Below, in pieces: positions 25,666 to 38,388 of a DNA stretch of 64,000 nt; positions within the stretch are counted from its first letter, which is position 1; each line of letters opens with the position of its first letter. The stretch comes from Strigamia acuminata (lineage: Eukaryota): positions 4,402,001-4,466,000 of the forward strand of contig OX442314.1 in assembly GCA_949358305.1 (NCBI GenBank). Direction: 5' to 3'. The notes beneath the pieces were generated by a model. It had not been told where the DNA came from and made no database searches. It saw only the letters and a list, made by a program, of their open reading frames with translations. A program made the position numbers and the translations under genes.

Positions 25666-25872
25666 TGTAGTGTTAGGACCGTGGCAGCTCACTGGCACGT
25701 CTTCACCCTCGGCTCTCTCAGCAATGTTTCTCTCTCACCACACCACTCACCACTCACTCCTCCCCTGCTAGGTCGGTCCATTCCTTCAAGAGGTGGACGG
25801 CTTGGAGCCACCAGGCGGTGTGTGGAGTGACGTAAGCCACTAGGGTGGCCTAACGGTCACATCTCCCCCCTT
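25666..25872 (-). mobile_element. Short LTR plus PPT of a decayed LTR element
   Basis: Minus strand GAAGGGGGAGA PPT followed by TGTGACC...ACA (~195 bp); no partner LTR in window. Confidence 0.5.
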
Positions 25873-26816
25873 CAAAAAAGCAGGGATGTACAGAGCCACA
25901 CACCAGATCAACAGGCAAGCACGACAGGGATGCCGGTCATCGAAGGACAACCGCATGTCTGAACGTGCCACAACACACACACACCAACACAGTCGTCTAG
26001 GATCACCTAGCCTACATGGCCGAAAATAAAAATAACTATTGTCGGCACAGGAATTAAATCAAAATATTAGAAGTCAATTTTTTTCAAATTTTTCGTCATT
26101 CCACAGACTTTTTGGACGCACCTTATAAGAAAAATAATTCATTGAGTCTGAGCTTAACAGACCCGGAACAAATCATAAACAAAAAACACTTTAAGATAAA
26201 CAAGGATGGTAGAGGTTGGTCAAGCCTCTAATAACAAAAATTATGTGACATCATTTAAATGCCAAATTCATTGTGTTAAATTTAATTATTAGAATAATCT
26301 CTGATATTTTCACTTTAAGTTTGAGTTTGATTCCACTGTCAATCAATATCATGTCTGTTAAAAGTGTATTGGAAAAAAACTTGACATTTGAGATAGATTA
26401 TGATTCCTAACCATATCATTTTCTTCTACATCTAATCAGCTTAATGTTGTACACGGATGGATCGTAAAACAGAATTCACAGTTAAATATACATTTTATCA
26501 AATCAACAGTTCCTGAAAAAACATTTTGCAGTGAATAATTCAAAACACACTAAAAAACAGCAATGTGTGAATCGATGTTAATCACACAAAGTGCTCTTAT
26601 TGGAAATAACATTAAACAAAAGTAACAGTCATTCAGGACTCGGTGCTGGTCCAACTGCAACTAACTTGCCAGTTTGATTTTCTTTCTTCGACACAACGTC
26701 ACCTACAAGGTAGGTTTGGGACCAGGAAACAACGGTAAAGCCTAACGTCTTCACCCGAAAATAACAGGATGGTGTTATATTCGAGTTAGTCAAAAAACCT
26801 AGATTTTCTAAATATG

Positions 26817-28478
26817 TGTGACAAATTAGCCATAGATGGCGCCACTAGTACTAGCGGCAAATTCAACCTCGAACTTACTATTTTGCGTAGAAATAGTTCA
26901 CAAACATATTATTATGTTTGTTACGAATAAATGTGATTTAAATCGATAATATAAAGATATATTATCAATACTTAATAAGATAAAACAGGTGTTGCTGCTT
27001 TATCACCGATACATGACGAGAAACCCATTTTCAGAATGTATTTCCGTTCTGTGTATCCATTTCCTGCCCCCGGTATCCAGTTCCGGTTTATGCTAAAAGA
27101 TTAGCATAATCCCAATTTGCATCTCCGTATCCACTTCCTGCGATACGAGATTGGTGGAACCTAATCCCACCGAGTATAAAACCCCCTGACAACAGGAAGT
27201 TAGTTCTGTTTTCTGGTTATTTGGTATGTTCCGCATGTCAAATAACCGTTTCTCACTCAGGGCATGGTCCTACCGGACCATGCATAGCATGGCTCTGCTG
27301 AGCCATGCAACCCCCGTCAACTGAAGACGAAGTTCGGACTGTTAATGTTTCCGTCAAACGGTCTTGCCGAGGAGAAAGCCTCCCGCATAAGTATCCTCGT
27401 GGTCGGACAATAGAATCAGGTGTGATACCAAAGTATTTAGTAACCGTCAGTAGCACTGTTACTGCAAGAGATTGACTCCATCACTTGATGGTGCCAAAGC
27501 AGTCTGCATGCAAAACATGTAGTAACCGCCAGTAGCACTATGTGTTTGGGAAAGTTATATCTCTTCGGTGATGGTGCCAAAGCAGTCTACTTATGAGTAG
27601 TATCTCGGGTGATTAATTCTGTTGTGCAGAACTGCGGGCTATATCCCCCTGAGTACCAGTGCCGTCTCTCACCGCACTGTTATTTAGGGCACGCGCGATA
27701 CTGTTCTGCTCGGCAAGGTGAACTTTGACGGCAATTGTGTGTTGCGATGTTTAACCCTAACTTATTTTGTAGTTGATAATAAACCTTAATTGTTTTGAAC
27801 TTGACAACAAGTAAACAACCGAAGTAAGTCACGAGGCTTATTTCTCTGTATGACGAATCAAATTCGTAACAATAAATTGAATACAATTTATTGAGTTAAT
27901 TTATTAAACTCACAACCTCGCGAATTAAATATAATTCGCAAACGGAACCTTGAAGAATAAATGACTTCATTTATTCATTACCAATTTCCAACCCTAGTTG
28001 TGGCGGTGCACATGAGTCAACCACACCTCTCGGATCGAACCAAGAAGCATTACACGGACCATTACACCAGATACGAACCAGGAACGCGAAGGAACGCGAA
28101 GGAACCAGTCTCACGATTACGGAGCGCCGACGGAAGCCGCAAGGACACAGCCAGCCCGGCTACGCGTAGATGACATCTTTAACTCGGTCGAGCGGGCGTT
28201 TTGCCGTTCCCGAACCCCGGATCACCAATAACCGTAATCATATTATTTTAGGGCTGTTTCACAGCCAATTATTTGTATAGTTTAACTTGTAAATTAACTT
28301 GCCAAATGTCGGCATTAGAATTTGTATAACTTTTAGGATTGATTATATTGTTTAGTAACAATAAATGTCACGTTTTGAGAAACTCTGTTGTCTTTATTAT
28401 CTCGTATTTTAATCACTTATTCACGCGACTTATACCCGGTACTATCATGCGATAGGAGTTGTGGTCGTCACCGTCACA
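26817..28478 (+). mobile_element. Solo LTR (1662 bp) of a family related to element B
   Basis: TGTGAC...GTCACA ends; TSD TATG; colinear blocks shared with B LTR (TAGCGGCAAATTCAA, GGTGCCAAAGCAGTC, TTAACTTGCCAAATGTCGGCATTAG, GGAGTTGTGGTCGTCACCGTCACA). Confidence 0.9.
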
Positions 28479-30611
28479 TATGGTCAAAAAATTCCTATTG
28501 TAGTCGAATACAATTTGGCCGTCGCCAATTTGGTCCCCGCCCGAAGTAAGAACATAACAAATTATAATAAATAGTACCAAATAATGGGGTGGCGCTATTG
28601 TTGCGAAAATAGAAATCGCGAATTTCAGTAATCGCTAATTTCGCGATTGCTGAATTTAAAGAATTGTATCGCAAACTGGCACATTCGCGAATCCAAGAAT
28701 CGCGAAAGTCACGTTTAAATGAAAAAAATGTTACTACACATGAAAGCAATTTGTATAATATGTCAGCTCACAATCTATTAAAGTAATAAGTTAAATATTA
28801 ATCTCAACAGCTTCGTACCACATCGATAACTGCACTTAAAAGAAACAATGGAGAGAGAGAATTTAAATCGACCAGTAAGCCGACTTCAACAAACGAGAAG
28901 GCGAGAACTGCTTCAACTTGTTCACATAACTTTGTCGAAGCAACAGAGGACTCCGGCTTTCGTCAAATGTTTGACAAATATCTCGGAGAAGAAAAGAAAT
29001 ATCAAGATTTTGCTTTTTATGTTACTAATTATTAACTTAGCAGCTTGTGCTTATCAAACAGTAGATCGGGTCTTGTATTTTATGGACGAACCCACAGCAG
29101 TTGATGCACACATGAGTGAAACAACGCATGGTTCATTTCCCTATGTGTATTTATATCCATATACTACGCAAGAATTTAACGATTTCATTTTCAAGAAATC
29201 AAAAAAATCGGACTACAAAGATCAATGTAAATTTGGTCGAATGCATCCAGTATATTCAGTATTTAATTTAAGTGATATTCTACAATATTCTACCCTACAT
29301 AGTTACATAACTGATGCCTACTTCAAAACAGTAAATCATTTTCATTTTTGCTCGTAAGCAAATTAGAAAAATTTAATCGAATGTGGAAAAAAAATATATT
29401 TGCAGCCCAAAATGCGCATTAACCTTACAATTGCAAATTATGAGACTGTGAGTTATGCTACTGCACAAGTTACCAGTCGTAAGTCAACAATCTTTCCTGT
29501 TTCTTTATTTTTACAAGTTCCTTTTTCCCATAGCAATTTCGTTTCCATATGGGAATGCTGCTTATAAGATGCTGCGATCCGGGTTATTATCGCACTTATT
29601 TCTAATAAATAAGCACGAAACCGCAGGTGAATGCTAAAATAGACTTACAATCAGCGGCCTTAAACTTGTCTAGGGTTAAGTTTATTAAGTAGGAAAATAA
29701 AGACACAATTTTATGATAAAAATCACACAAAAGGTTTTATTCGTTATAAATTACAATGACTAGTATTATTATGAATTATATATTTATTAATTAAAATAAT
29801 AATATCACAGATGCGACAAGTCGCGAGAATGAGCGGGAAAACAATGGAGGGCTTGCAACGACTGTTGCAAGCTACAAAGCGCGGCGAATACGCTTGACAA
29901 CCAAAGTTGTTAGGAAAATGGCTTCCGCTATTTTCCTCGTCTTCACTCACACGTACGATGATCCTCGGATGATGGTTCACGGTGAGTCTTCCACACGAAG
30001 TACGACGGCACGGGGCGGTGGTTCACGTTCGGGCAGGCGTCCGTTCACGTCCGATGGCGGTGGCAGCAGTTCGCGCTACTGCGACGGCGATGGTTCACGC
30101 GACACGGGAAACTTCTCGTTACGATAGCTGGAATTAGCGACGGCTAATTCAAGCTGAATTGCTGGCTTTGTGCGTTTGTTGCACAAAGATAGCAGGTGAA
30201 ACTGAAGAACACGAGTCCACTATCAATACTTTTCTTTCAGGAGCAAAAGCAGTGATGCTTGTGGTTGTGTGTTATTTTTCAGAGTCCCGATTTGAGCCAA
30301 GGCGCGAGCCCAGCACGCTTCAATATTGCGCAGAAAACCTGCGCACTTAGCTCAAATGGGTGCAACTAGTGGTTATTACACCATATTGCACCATAACGGC
30401 TAATAACCGTTTTCACCCCGGACAACCTGGGGTGATATGTGCCTAGAGAGGATTTCTCCCCTCGGTCACATGATCTGACTTGGCGTGTGCCACAGTCAAA
30501 TTAATTAGAAGACAATTAATTTTATCTTCTAAGTTGGTGAATATTTTGAGATCACCACACATCCCCCCATTTAAGACGAATCTTACATGGAGAAAAATGA
30601 ACGAATCCGAT

Positions 30612-33259
30612 TTACGATTCGTCCATGCCCTGAGTTCGCTCAGGCGTCAACGGGCGCATCATGTCCGTGGCGTCGTCCCTCGGATTTGACCGCTCGTTAA
30701 CCGTACACAGGTCGCGACCTGCGTTTGGTCCGGAGACCATTCCAGGGTTGACATGAAGCCAAACCTGGATGATTCTTGCCGAGTTCGCTCGGTTGAAAAA
30801 TCCTAGCGCCGCAAACTCTATCGGATCCTCTGGCGCCAATCGTGCTCTCAGGAGTCGGTCGTGGAGCACCGATGGTGGGCTTAACACCCGAATGTGGTCT
30901 TCGAGCCACATAAACACCTGCCTCCACAACTTGTGGTTGTTGCTTAGCAGTGTTCGCGTATCCGGCGTCAAATAGAAGTGCGGATACAGGCGCATCAGAG
31001 TCTTGAAAGCCGACTCTTTCTTCAGCGGCTTGACTTTCGTCTCCGGCTTGGCTGGCGGCGGCGGCGGCGGTGGACGTGAGTCTTCCGTCGTGGCATCGTC
31101 GAAATGGCTCGGCGAGCCCAAGAAAACCAACGCGGGTGCGGAGGTTGACGAGGGTGTGACGCCTCGTCCCTGCGCTCGACCAACTCCGGTGAGCTTACGG
31201 GGTTCGACTACCCGTTGAACTCCGGCTGGAGTTTGAGAACTTCCGGCGTTCTCCGGCCAAAACGAACATCCAGCGCCCTCTTGAGCCGACTGGAAAACAG
31301 CTAGCGACGCGGCTGCTGTGGCGCTCGTAACTGGAAGCGTTGTTCTTCCGGCCATTTGTGCTGTGGCCTTCGCAAAGGACCACTCGGTTCGTAACCGAAC
31401 GGCGGCCTCTTCTTCGGTCTCGCCGTTTGCTACGACTTGCTTAATGAGCTCGGCTAAGATCGTAGGCGGGTCGAGCCGGAGGTGGTACCACAGCTCGACT
31501 TTCTTCTCCGACAGGCCCATCGGCGCGGTCCAAAGGTACGTAATGGCCGCTAATGCCTGTCCTGGCGAAGGAAGAACACCAGGGTACAACACCCTAGTCA
31601 TCCCCGGAATGAGCTGACGCTGAAAATCCATCAGGCGGGGATCATCAATGGTATTGATGTCGGAGAGTTCTAGCCTTTCAGCTAGTCTCTGCCAGTCCTT
31701 CTGCGACTCGGCGATCTGGGCGCTTTGGTATGCGTCCAGCTTCTGGAGCACTTCCTGCTGCGCTCTAATGGGTTGCTGCTCGTAGCAGGTCCATTGTGGT
31801 CCGAATGACTCACTAAAAAATGGCTGGAGTTGCAGGTTGCTAACTCCAGCCGGCAAGCGGGAAACATATCCATGTTCGGGCAAGCGGCTAGCGTGTCCAG
31901 GTACTGGCACGCTACAGTCGGGAGAGATATCACCGACGACACGTCTCATGGCGTATGGAGTAGCCGGGTTGTCCACTTTGAACGTGGAGGCGGTTCGGCT
32001 ACTTTGGGCGGACTGGATTGTGGAGTCCGATTCGAAGCTCAGCGAGGACGACGAGCCAAACGTTTCTGGTGTCCGTCCTCGTCGCGACTGCGGGCGTGGT
32101 GGCTGTGCTTCAGTCGAATATGGGCGCGATCGCTTCTGTCGCTCCTCTCGATCGCGGCTGGATTCTCGAAACATCGGGCGTGTTGCTTGATCCGGCGGAG
32201 GGAGTCTTCCCACCCTCAAATCCTCGTCTTGCGGCGGAGGATTGATGGCCGCTGGGGCCGGAATTTCATCTTCTCGATAGAAGGGGAGAGCGCATCGCGC
32301 TTGCTCTTCTGCCTCGTGTTCTCGAGCCAGTTGTCGATTTTCGTCGACGCGAAGCTGCGCTGCGGCGGCTCGGAGTGCTTTCGACGGGAAGAATCCCGGA
32401 AAATCGTTGAAGCACCCGGCGAGCGCCAACTGGTGGAGCTCGGTTTGTGTGGCGGGAAATTGCGGGTTCCCGTCACGAACGGACTTGCGGTACCGTTGCA
32501 CGACTTCTCGCTGCGTCGTCTTGAGGTTTTTCCTCACTTGGTGGAGAGCACCGTAATTAATTCCGGTGCTCCTGAGCACTCTTCTGCGCTCGTGACGCTC
32601 TCGAGGCGTCACTGGCCATTGGTTGTGCAGCAACTCGGCAGCTAGTGGTCCTGGGGGGCTCTCGTCGAGCGTCCACTCGATTTCGTCGACTCCGTTGACG
32701 TGAAGGCGCTCGATGAACCGGCCTTTTGCTCCAAGACCTTGCAGGGCGGACTTCGAGAAGTCGTGGCGCAACTTCCACCACGTGTTGTTTGCCGTCTTCA
32801 GTCGCCTGATTTTTTCGGGCAACGCCGCCCGAAAAATCAGCGGGTGCTGAGTCGGCACGTGATCGGGAAGCGCGAATGGCGTTTCTCGATCCCTCTCGAT
32901 CTATATTCGAAGAAAAATAAATAAATTAGTTTATTTAAAAATAAACAAATAATTTCTTATTTGAAATATTTTTTAAGCTTAGCGCTTGTGGCCGTGAGCC
33001 ACTAAGGGATGTTGGTTGTCATGGCAACTCCCTTCGCACATGCTTGAAGCACGTGACTTTTATAGCCGCCATTTTTATTTTTTAGCGGCTTGTGTTTGAA
33101 GTCAGGAAAAGTGAATTTTCTCAATTTTTCTGACTGAAACACCAAGTGAAAATTATTTTAGTAATTTACCCTCTCTTGTAACGATAATTGGCCATCGTTA
33201 CCGGCACCTTCCATCGGAGTTTCTTCATCCGCATGGAGGTTTACTTCGTCGTCTGCCAT
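30612..33259 (-). CDS. Element C spliced ORF3 (exons 33259-33170 and 32900-30612, ~792 aa), unknown function, not env-like
   Basis: 748-aa ORF whose tracked start is GTG; upstream ATG exon joins in frame via GTAAAT..ATAG intron; no signal peptide or TM anchor seen. Confidence 0.75.
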
Positions 33260-33429
33260 TCGTTTTCTTTTTCGCGTCGAAAAAGAAATTCTTTCGGCTA
33301 GAAAGAATTAATAAAGTATATTAAATATATTTATCGAATTTTTCTATCAGAAAAACTACTTACAGTTCGTAGGTTCGCAAAAAACTGTCGTGTTATAACG
33401 CACTCGACGCATCCACTTTGGAAACTACT

Positions 33430-33550
33430 GAGAAAGTGGCTAAGTTCGTTGATTGGAGAAACGAACTTGTTTCGGTGACACCGAATGACGTCACAAATTA
33501 TAACGCATTGTGAACGTTGTCGTTCGAGTGTGAACTACGAATGACGTCAC
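33430..33550 (-). promoter_or_regulatory. Putative internal promoter of C ORF3
   Basis: Two TGACGTCA (CRE-type) sites at 33486 and 33542, a CCAAT, and ACTTAGCCAC, between the pol stop and the 5'UTR intron. Confidence 0.4.
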
Positions 33551-33601
33551 GAGATTGCTCTCTCGGATCTTTTGGGTAAACCCAAAAGGTGAAAGTCAAC
33601 G

Positions 33602-36600
33602 CTATGTCTTGACTCGCGGAACGCGAGATCTCAAGTTGTACTTTGACTTTCGCGAAGTACAATCCAACTTGTTTAGATTGTCATCAGCATCGTCTCCAAT
33701 GTCAGATGAGTTATTTTCTTCATTGTTTGAAATTTTCTCTTTTTCTAAAAACATTTCCTTTTCTAGATTTTCATCAAGAGAAACATTTTCAAGTCGCTTG
33801 TTTATTTCATCGACTTCGTTATTTTTGAGTTTCGATTTTTCACTCGATTCCGTGTTTTCGACAGGAATTTTGGATAATTTAGCATCATCCAAGGTGTTAA
33901 CAATATTTTTTGTTTTTTGACCCACTTCCTCCCCTTCCAGCCAAATTTCTTGGTTGAAAACGGGAAAGTACGGCATTAATTCAGTGCCGTGAACAGCTGG
34001 ATAAATTTTATTATCACTCAGCCGTCGAAGTTGAAAGGCGCCTCCTTGTAACCTTTTGACAATTACATAAGGCCCATTTCTTTTCGGTGAAATGCCTGCT
34101 GCTATTCCTTTAGCGGCATTTGAGAGAATATGAGACTCTCGCCAGACTAAATCATTTTGTCCGAAGTTGTCGAATTTCTTATCTGATTTTTCAGCTTCGA
34201 CACGGCGTCTCAAATCTAAGACGTGAGACATCATATGCTGATACGTCTCTGCAATTATTGCTTCTAATTTCTGAACATACAAATGCGGATTTTTTGGGTC
34301 AATGACTAAAATTCCTTCCGGAATTCTTGGATCCCAAGGAATTCTTAATTCTCGGAAAAAATTTAAGAAAGCAGGAGAATAATCTCTGCCTCTTGTTACA
34401 GTTGTTCTCAAACTGAATGCAAATTCGCGTAGATACTCATCCCATTGGTCATGAATATCTAAATAAATCGAAACTAAATATTTAATATCTCGATTGGTTC
34501 TCTCCACAGGATTGCTTTGTGGATGATAAATCGATGTCGGTGTTCGCGACATGTCGAATTTTTTGCAAAATTCTTTATAGACCTGTGATCGAAATTGAGG
34601 TCCATTATCACTTATGATTTGTCTCGGAAATCCGAAAGTCATTGATAAGTGATAAATTGTGTTGGCAACTTTTATTGCCGTTGGATTACACATTGGAAAT
34701 AATTCGGGCCAATGTGTAGCGACATCTACGATGACGCAAATGTGGGTATTGTTTTTTCTGGTTCTTGGTTTGGGACCAGACAAATCCACACTGAGGCAGT
34801 CGAATGGTCCAAATGGTCCAATCTGAGCGCCTTCAATTTCGGTCTTCGATCTCGGCTTACATGCCTGACATCCTTGACAATGCTGAATAAAACGTGTAAT
34901 ATCACGTTTCATACCTTTCCAGGTATAAACTCTTCGAGTTCTGTACATTGTCCTCGCAATGCCTGGGTGGCCGGACAGTGGATGTCCGTGCATCAACCAT
35001 ATGATTTTATAAATCAATTTTCTTGGCACAACAACTTTAAGTGCCCTACCATCCTCTCCTAATTCATCGGTGGAGGTAGGATGATAATGGAGTAACATAT
35101 CTTCTTCAATGAGATAAGTACTCGCGTGTCTTTCAAAATTTCTTCTTTGAAGACGAGTTACTATGTAACTTGGATATTGCTTGTTTAACAAGTAATTGCG
35201 AATATGTTGGCAAAATTTGTCTGCTTTTTGCGCCGCAATAATGTCATCTCTCGTTGGAGGATCACATTCTAATTGTTTGGCAATTTTAGCTGCAAATGCT
35301 TTAATTAAAACATTTGTTGTTGGCAGCTCGAATTTTTTAGCCATCATAGCTCTTAATTCGACGTCAGGGGTTCCTGACGGATCATGCATGTTAATACAAA
35401 AATTAATTAATGCTTGATCGTCTTCATTAACTATTATCGACTTGGGTAATTCGTTCAATTTTCCCATTTGCCAACTTCGGCAAGGAGATGGACAATATGA
35501 TAATAAATCATCATTATCGCCATCGTCTTCTGGTTCGTCAGGTGCGCTGACAGGTGCACGTGACAATGCGTCTGCTATTACATTCAGCGGACCTTTGACG
35601 TATTGTATTTCGAACGAATACGCCATCAGCTCCATTTGCCAACGAGCTAATCTGCCCGACGGGTCAGATAACGACATCAACCACTTAAGTGCTTGGTGAT
35701 CCGTTTGTACAGTGAATGTAGTGTACTCTAAGTATGGGCGAAATTTGCGCAATCCCCATACTACTGCGAGACATTCCAATTCTGTCACAGTATAATTCTT
35801 TTCAGCGGGTTGCAAGCTTCTGCTTGCATACACGCATGGCATTTCGACTTCTTGGCCATCCACAATTTTCTTTTGTGTAAGGGCTGCACCCAACCCTTGT
35901 CTACTGGCGTCAGTATGAACAATAAATGGCATGTACAAGTCAGGCATCTTCATTGTTTCAGCATTCGTAAGCAAGTCTTTTATTGCGTCGAATGCTGCTT
36001 GATGATGCAGTTCCCAATCGAACTCCGCATCTTTCTTCAAGAGAGGCCTTAATGGTTCTGCAACCGTGGCCAAATTCTTGATTAGGCGGTGAAAGAAATT
36101 CACCATGCCTAGAAATCTTTGTAATTCCTTAAGATTGGTAGGAGCCGGAAATTGCGTAATTGCAGCGACCTTTTTAGGGTCTACTGCAAGTCCTTCTACT
36201 CCTACTTTGTAGCCTAGAAAAATTAATTCCTTTCTACAGAGATGCGTCTTGCCAGGGTGCGCATGTAAATTAGCTTCTGCCAATTTTTTAAACACTATAT
36301 CTAAATGTTTAATGTGTTCTTCGAACGATTTGGATACAACAATTATGTCATCCAAATATGCCCATGCAAATTTTCTGTAAACGTCACCCAAAACTTTTTC
36401 CATCAATTCTTGGAAAGTAGTTGGTGCGTTTACTAATCCGAAAGGCATGACTAAAAACATTAGTCTTCCCATTGGGCTCCAGAAGGCAGTCTTTTCTCTG
36501 TCTTCAGGGCGCAATTCTATCTGCCAATATCCCTTGGTCAGATCTATAGTACTGACCCACTCGAATTCTCCGATTTCTCGCAGAATTTCCTCAATTGTTG

Positions 36601-37198
36601 GCATTTGAGGTGGGTTGTACTTAGTATGTGTATTGATGGGGCGAAAATCAATGCACAAGCGTGGGTCGTTTCCTGGTCGCATGACTAGGACTGGCCGCAT
36701 TCCGTAATCGCCTTCAGCTTTGACGACTACGCCTTTGTCAATCATGTCTTGACAAAGTTGTCTGATTATTTCCCTTTTTTGAGGGTTTATGCTCTTAAAG
36801 GGGACACGGATGGGTTTCTCCGTGTCAAGCTCAATTTTGTGCTTAACCAGGTGTGTTTTACCTGGATCTTTAGAAATAATCCTTTTATGTTTGGATAACA
36901 TCTTTTCTAATAATTTGGATTGCTCCAAATTTAAGTTAGCTTCTTCGACTAACTTTTGGATGAAATTCTCTTCATCAATTTTGCCTTGAGTTACACTTGC
37001 AGCGTAAGCTTTTGCAAAGGTCATAAATGAGGAATCGGGTTCCTCTATTTTCTCCAAATAACGATCCAGCAACGCTTGTGGAATGTAGGGTAAATCTGCA
37101 TCCACAGGTTGCGTGAAATTCCAAGACATCGTCTGTGGATTAGGTTGGATTTTTAATTTATTCATAAAATCGCAACCCAATAGTACCATTGGATACTT
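33602..37198 (-). pseudogene. pol: Element C pol 3' part: RT, RNase H, integrase (open frame but separated from gag-PR by D)
   Basis: YLDD, HTDASRQGLGA, TDHQAL, H..GH..CQGC, SDNG, NPVER, GPY. Confidence 0.93.
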
Positions 37199-38388
37199 TG
37201 TCACGGTCCTGACTTTAGACAGTAATAATTTTCAAAATTTTAAGCGCATTTTGCGCCTTTCCTTTAAATTTTCCCCAATCATATTGAGAAATTGTTCTAG
37301 TTTCCCTAAATTATTTTATTTTTCCCAAATCTAAATTTATTATTTTATTTTATATTATTTTCCTTATTTTTGATATTTATCTTTAATTTGGCCTGGTTTT
37401 AATCACCCCATCCAGACAATTCATGAGAATTCTGCAATAAGTTGATATAATCGCGCTCTAAATTTACATATTTCACCCCTGGTCGCCTGTTTTCTGCCCA
37501 GTCCCCATTGGGAATTGACTTGGCCTTTGACATGTGATCAGAGGTGACTTGTTCTGTCGGGACATTTTTGACAGAGAGAATAATTTTCGCCTTCGACTAG
37601 ACAACAGCTCCTGTCTCAACTAGGAGATTTCCAAGTGCGATTATGTTGCGTCTCAACGCATACGGTCACATTGCAGCCCGAATTCTCATGTTAGTCTAAC
37701 TAACCACAACATTTATTATTTGCCCATTATTTGCGTACGAATTACTGGAAAAAGGCGTATTCGACGGTCTCAATTCGTCAATACATTTTATGCCACGACT
37801 GTGACTTCCTCCTCAGCCTAGACATTTTGAACTCATACTCGTCTCAATTGCGTATTCATTTCATTATCAACGGTTCGACGACGTTGTCTGCGGTTTGGTA
37901 CCTGTTTGCGCGTTCACCCAACGTTTGCGCGTGTTCAGGAGAAGAAACATACTCTTCGTAAGTACGCCTAGCATATGACGACATTTTCCCTAGTGAAGAG
38001 CGATATTTTGGTCTTAAATTCGAAGTATCAACGTTCGCCATTTTGTACGGCGCCCGAATTGAATCCTGCACCCATAAAATACAGATTTCACGAATAGACG
38101 CTGTCTTAACCTAGCTACCACCCCCGGCAAAGTTTTAAGAGTTGCAGCGCCTGCGAACCTAAATTTTCTGGTTATTACAATCCCTGGAAATTCTTAAATT
38201 TCCGAAACCATTGTTAAAGAGTCGACTACGACGTGACAATCTTGGCGAGCTAGACAGGATTCAACTCGAAACGTGTTCTAAGAGAACACAAACCACCATT
38301 TTCTTCAGTGACGACTACGCAAGTATAGGTCGTTATATTTATTTAATTAATTACTTATTTTTGCCGGCACACATATTATTGTTTCAAC

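Noticed and set aside
31830..32645. Antisense ORFs over gag, pol and ORF3
   Set aside because: Shadow frames of GC-richer coding sequence with no motifs
30612..32858. C or D ORF3 as envelope
   Set aside because: No signal peptide, furin/fusion peptide or TM anchor visible
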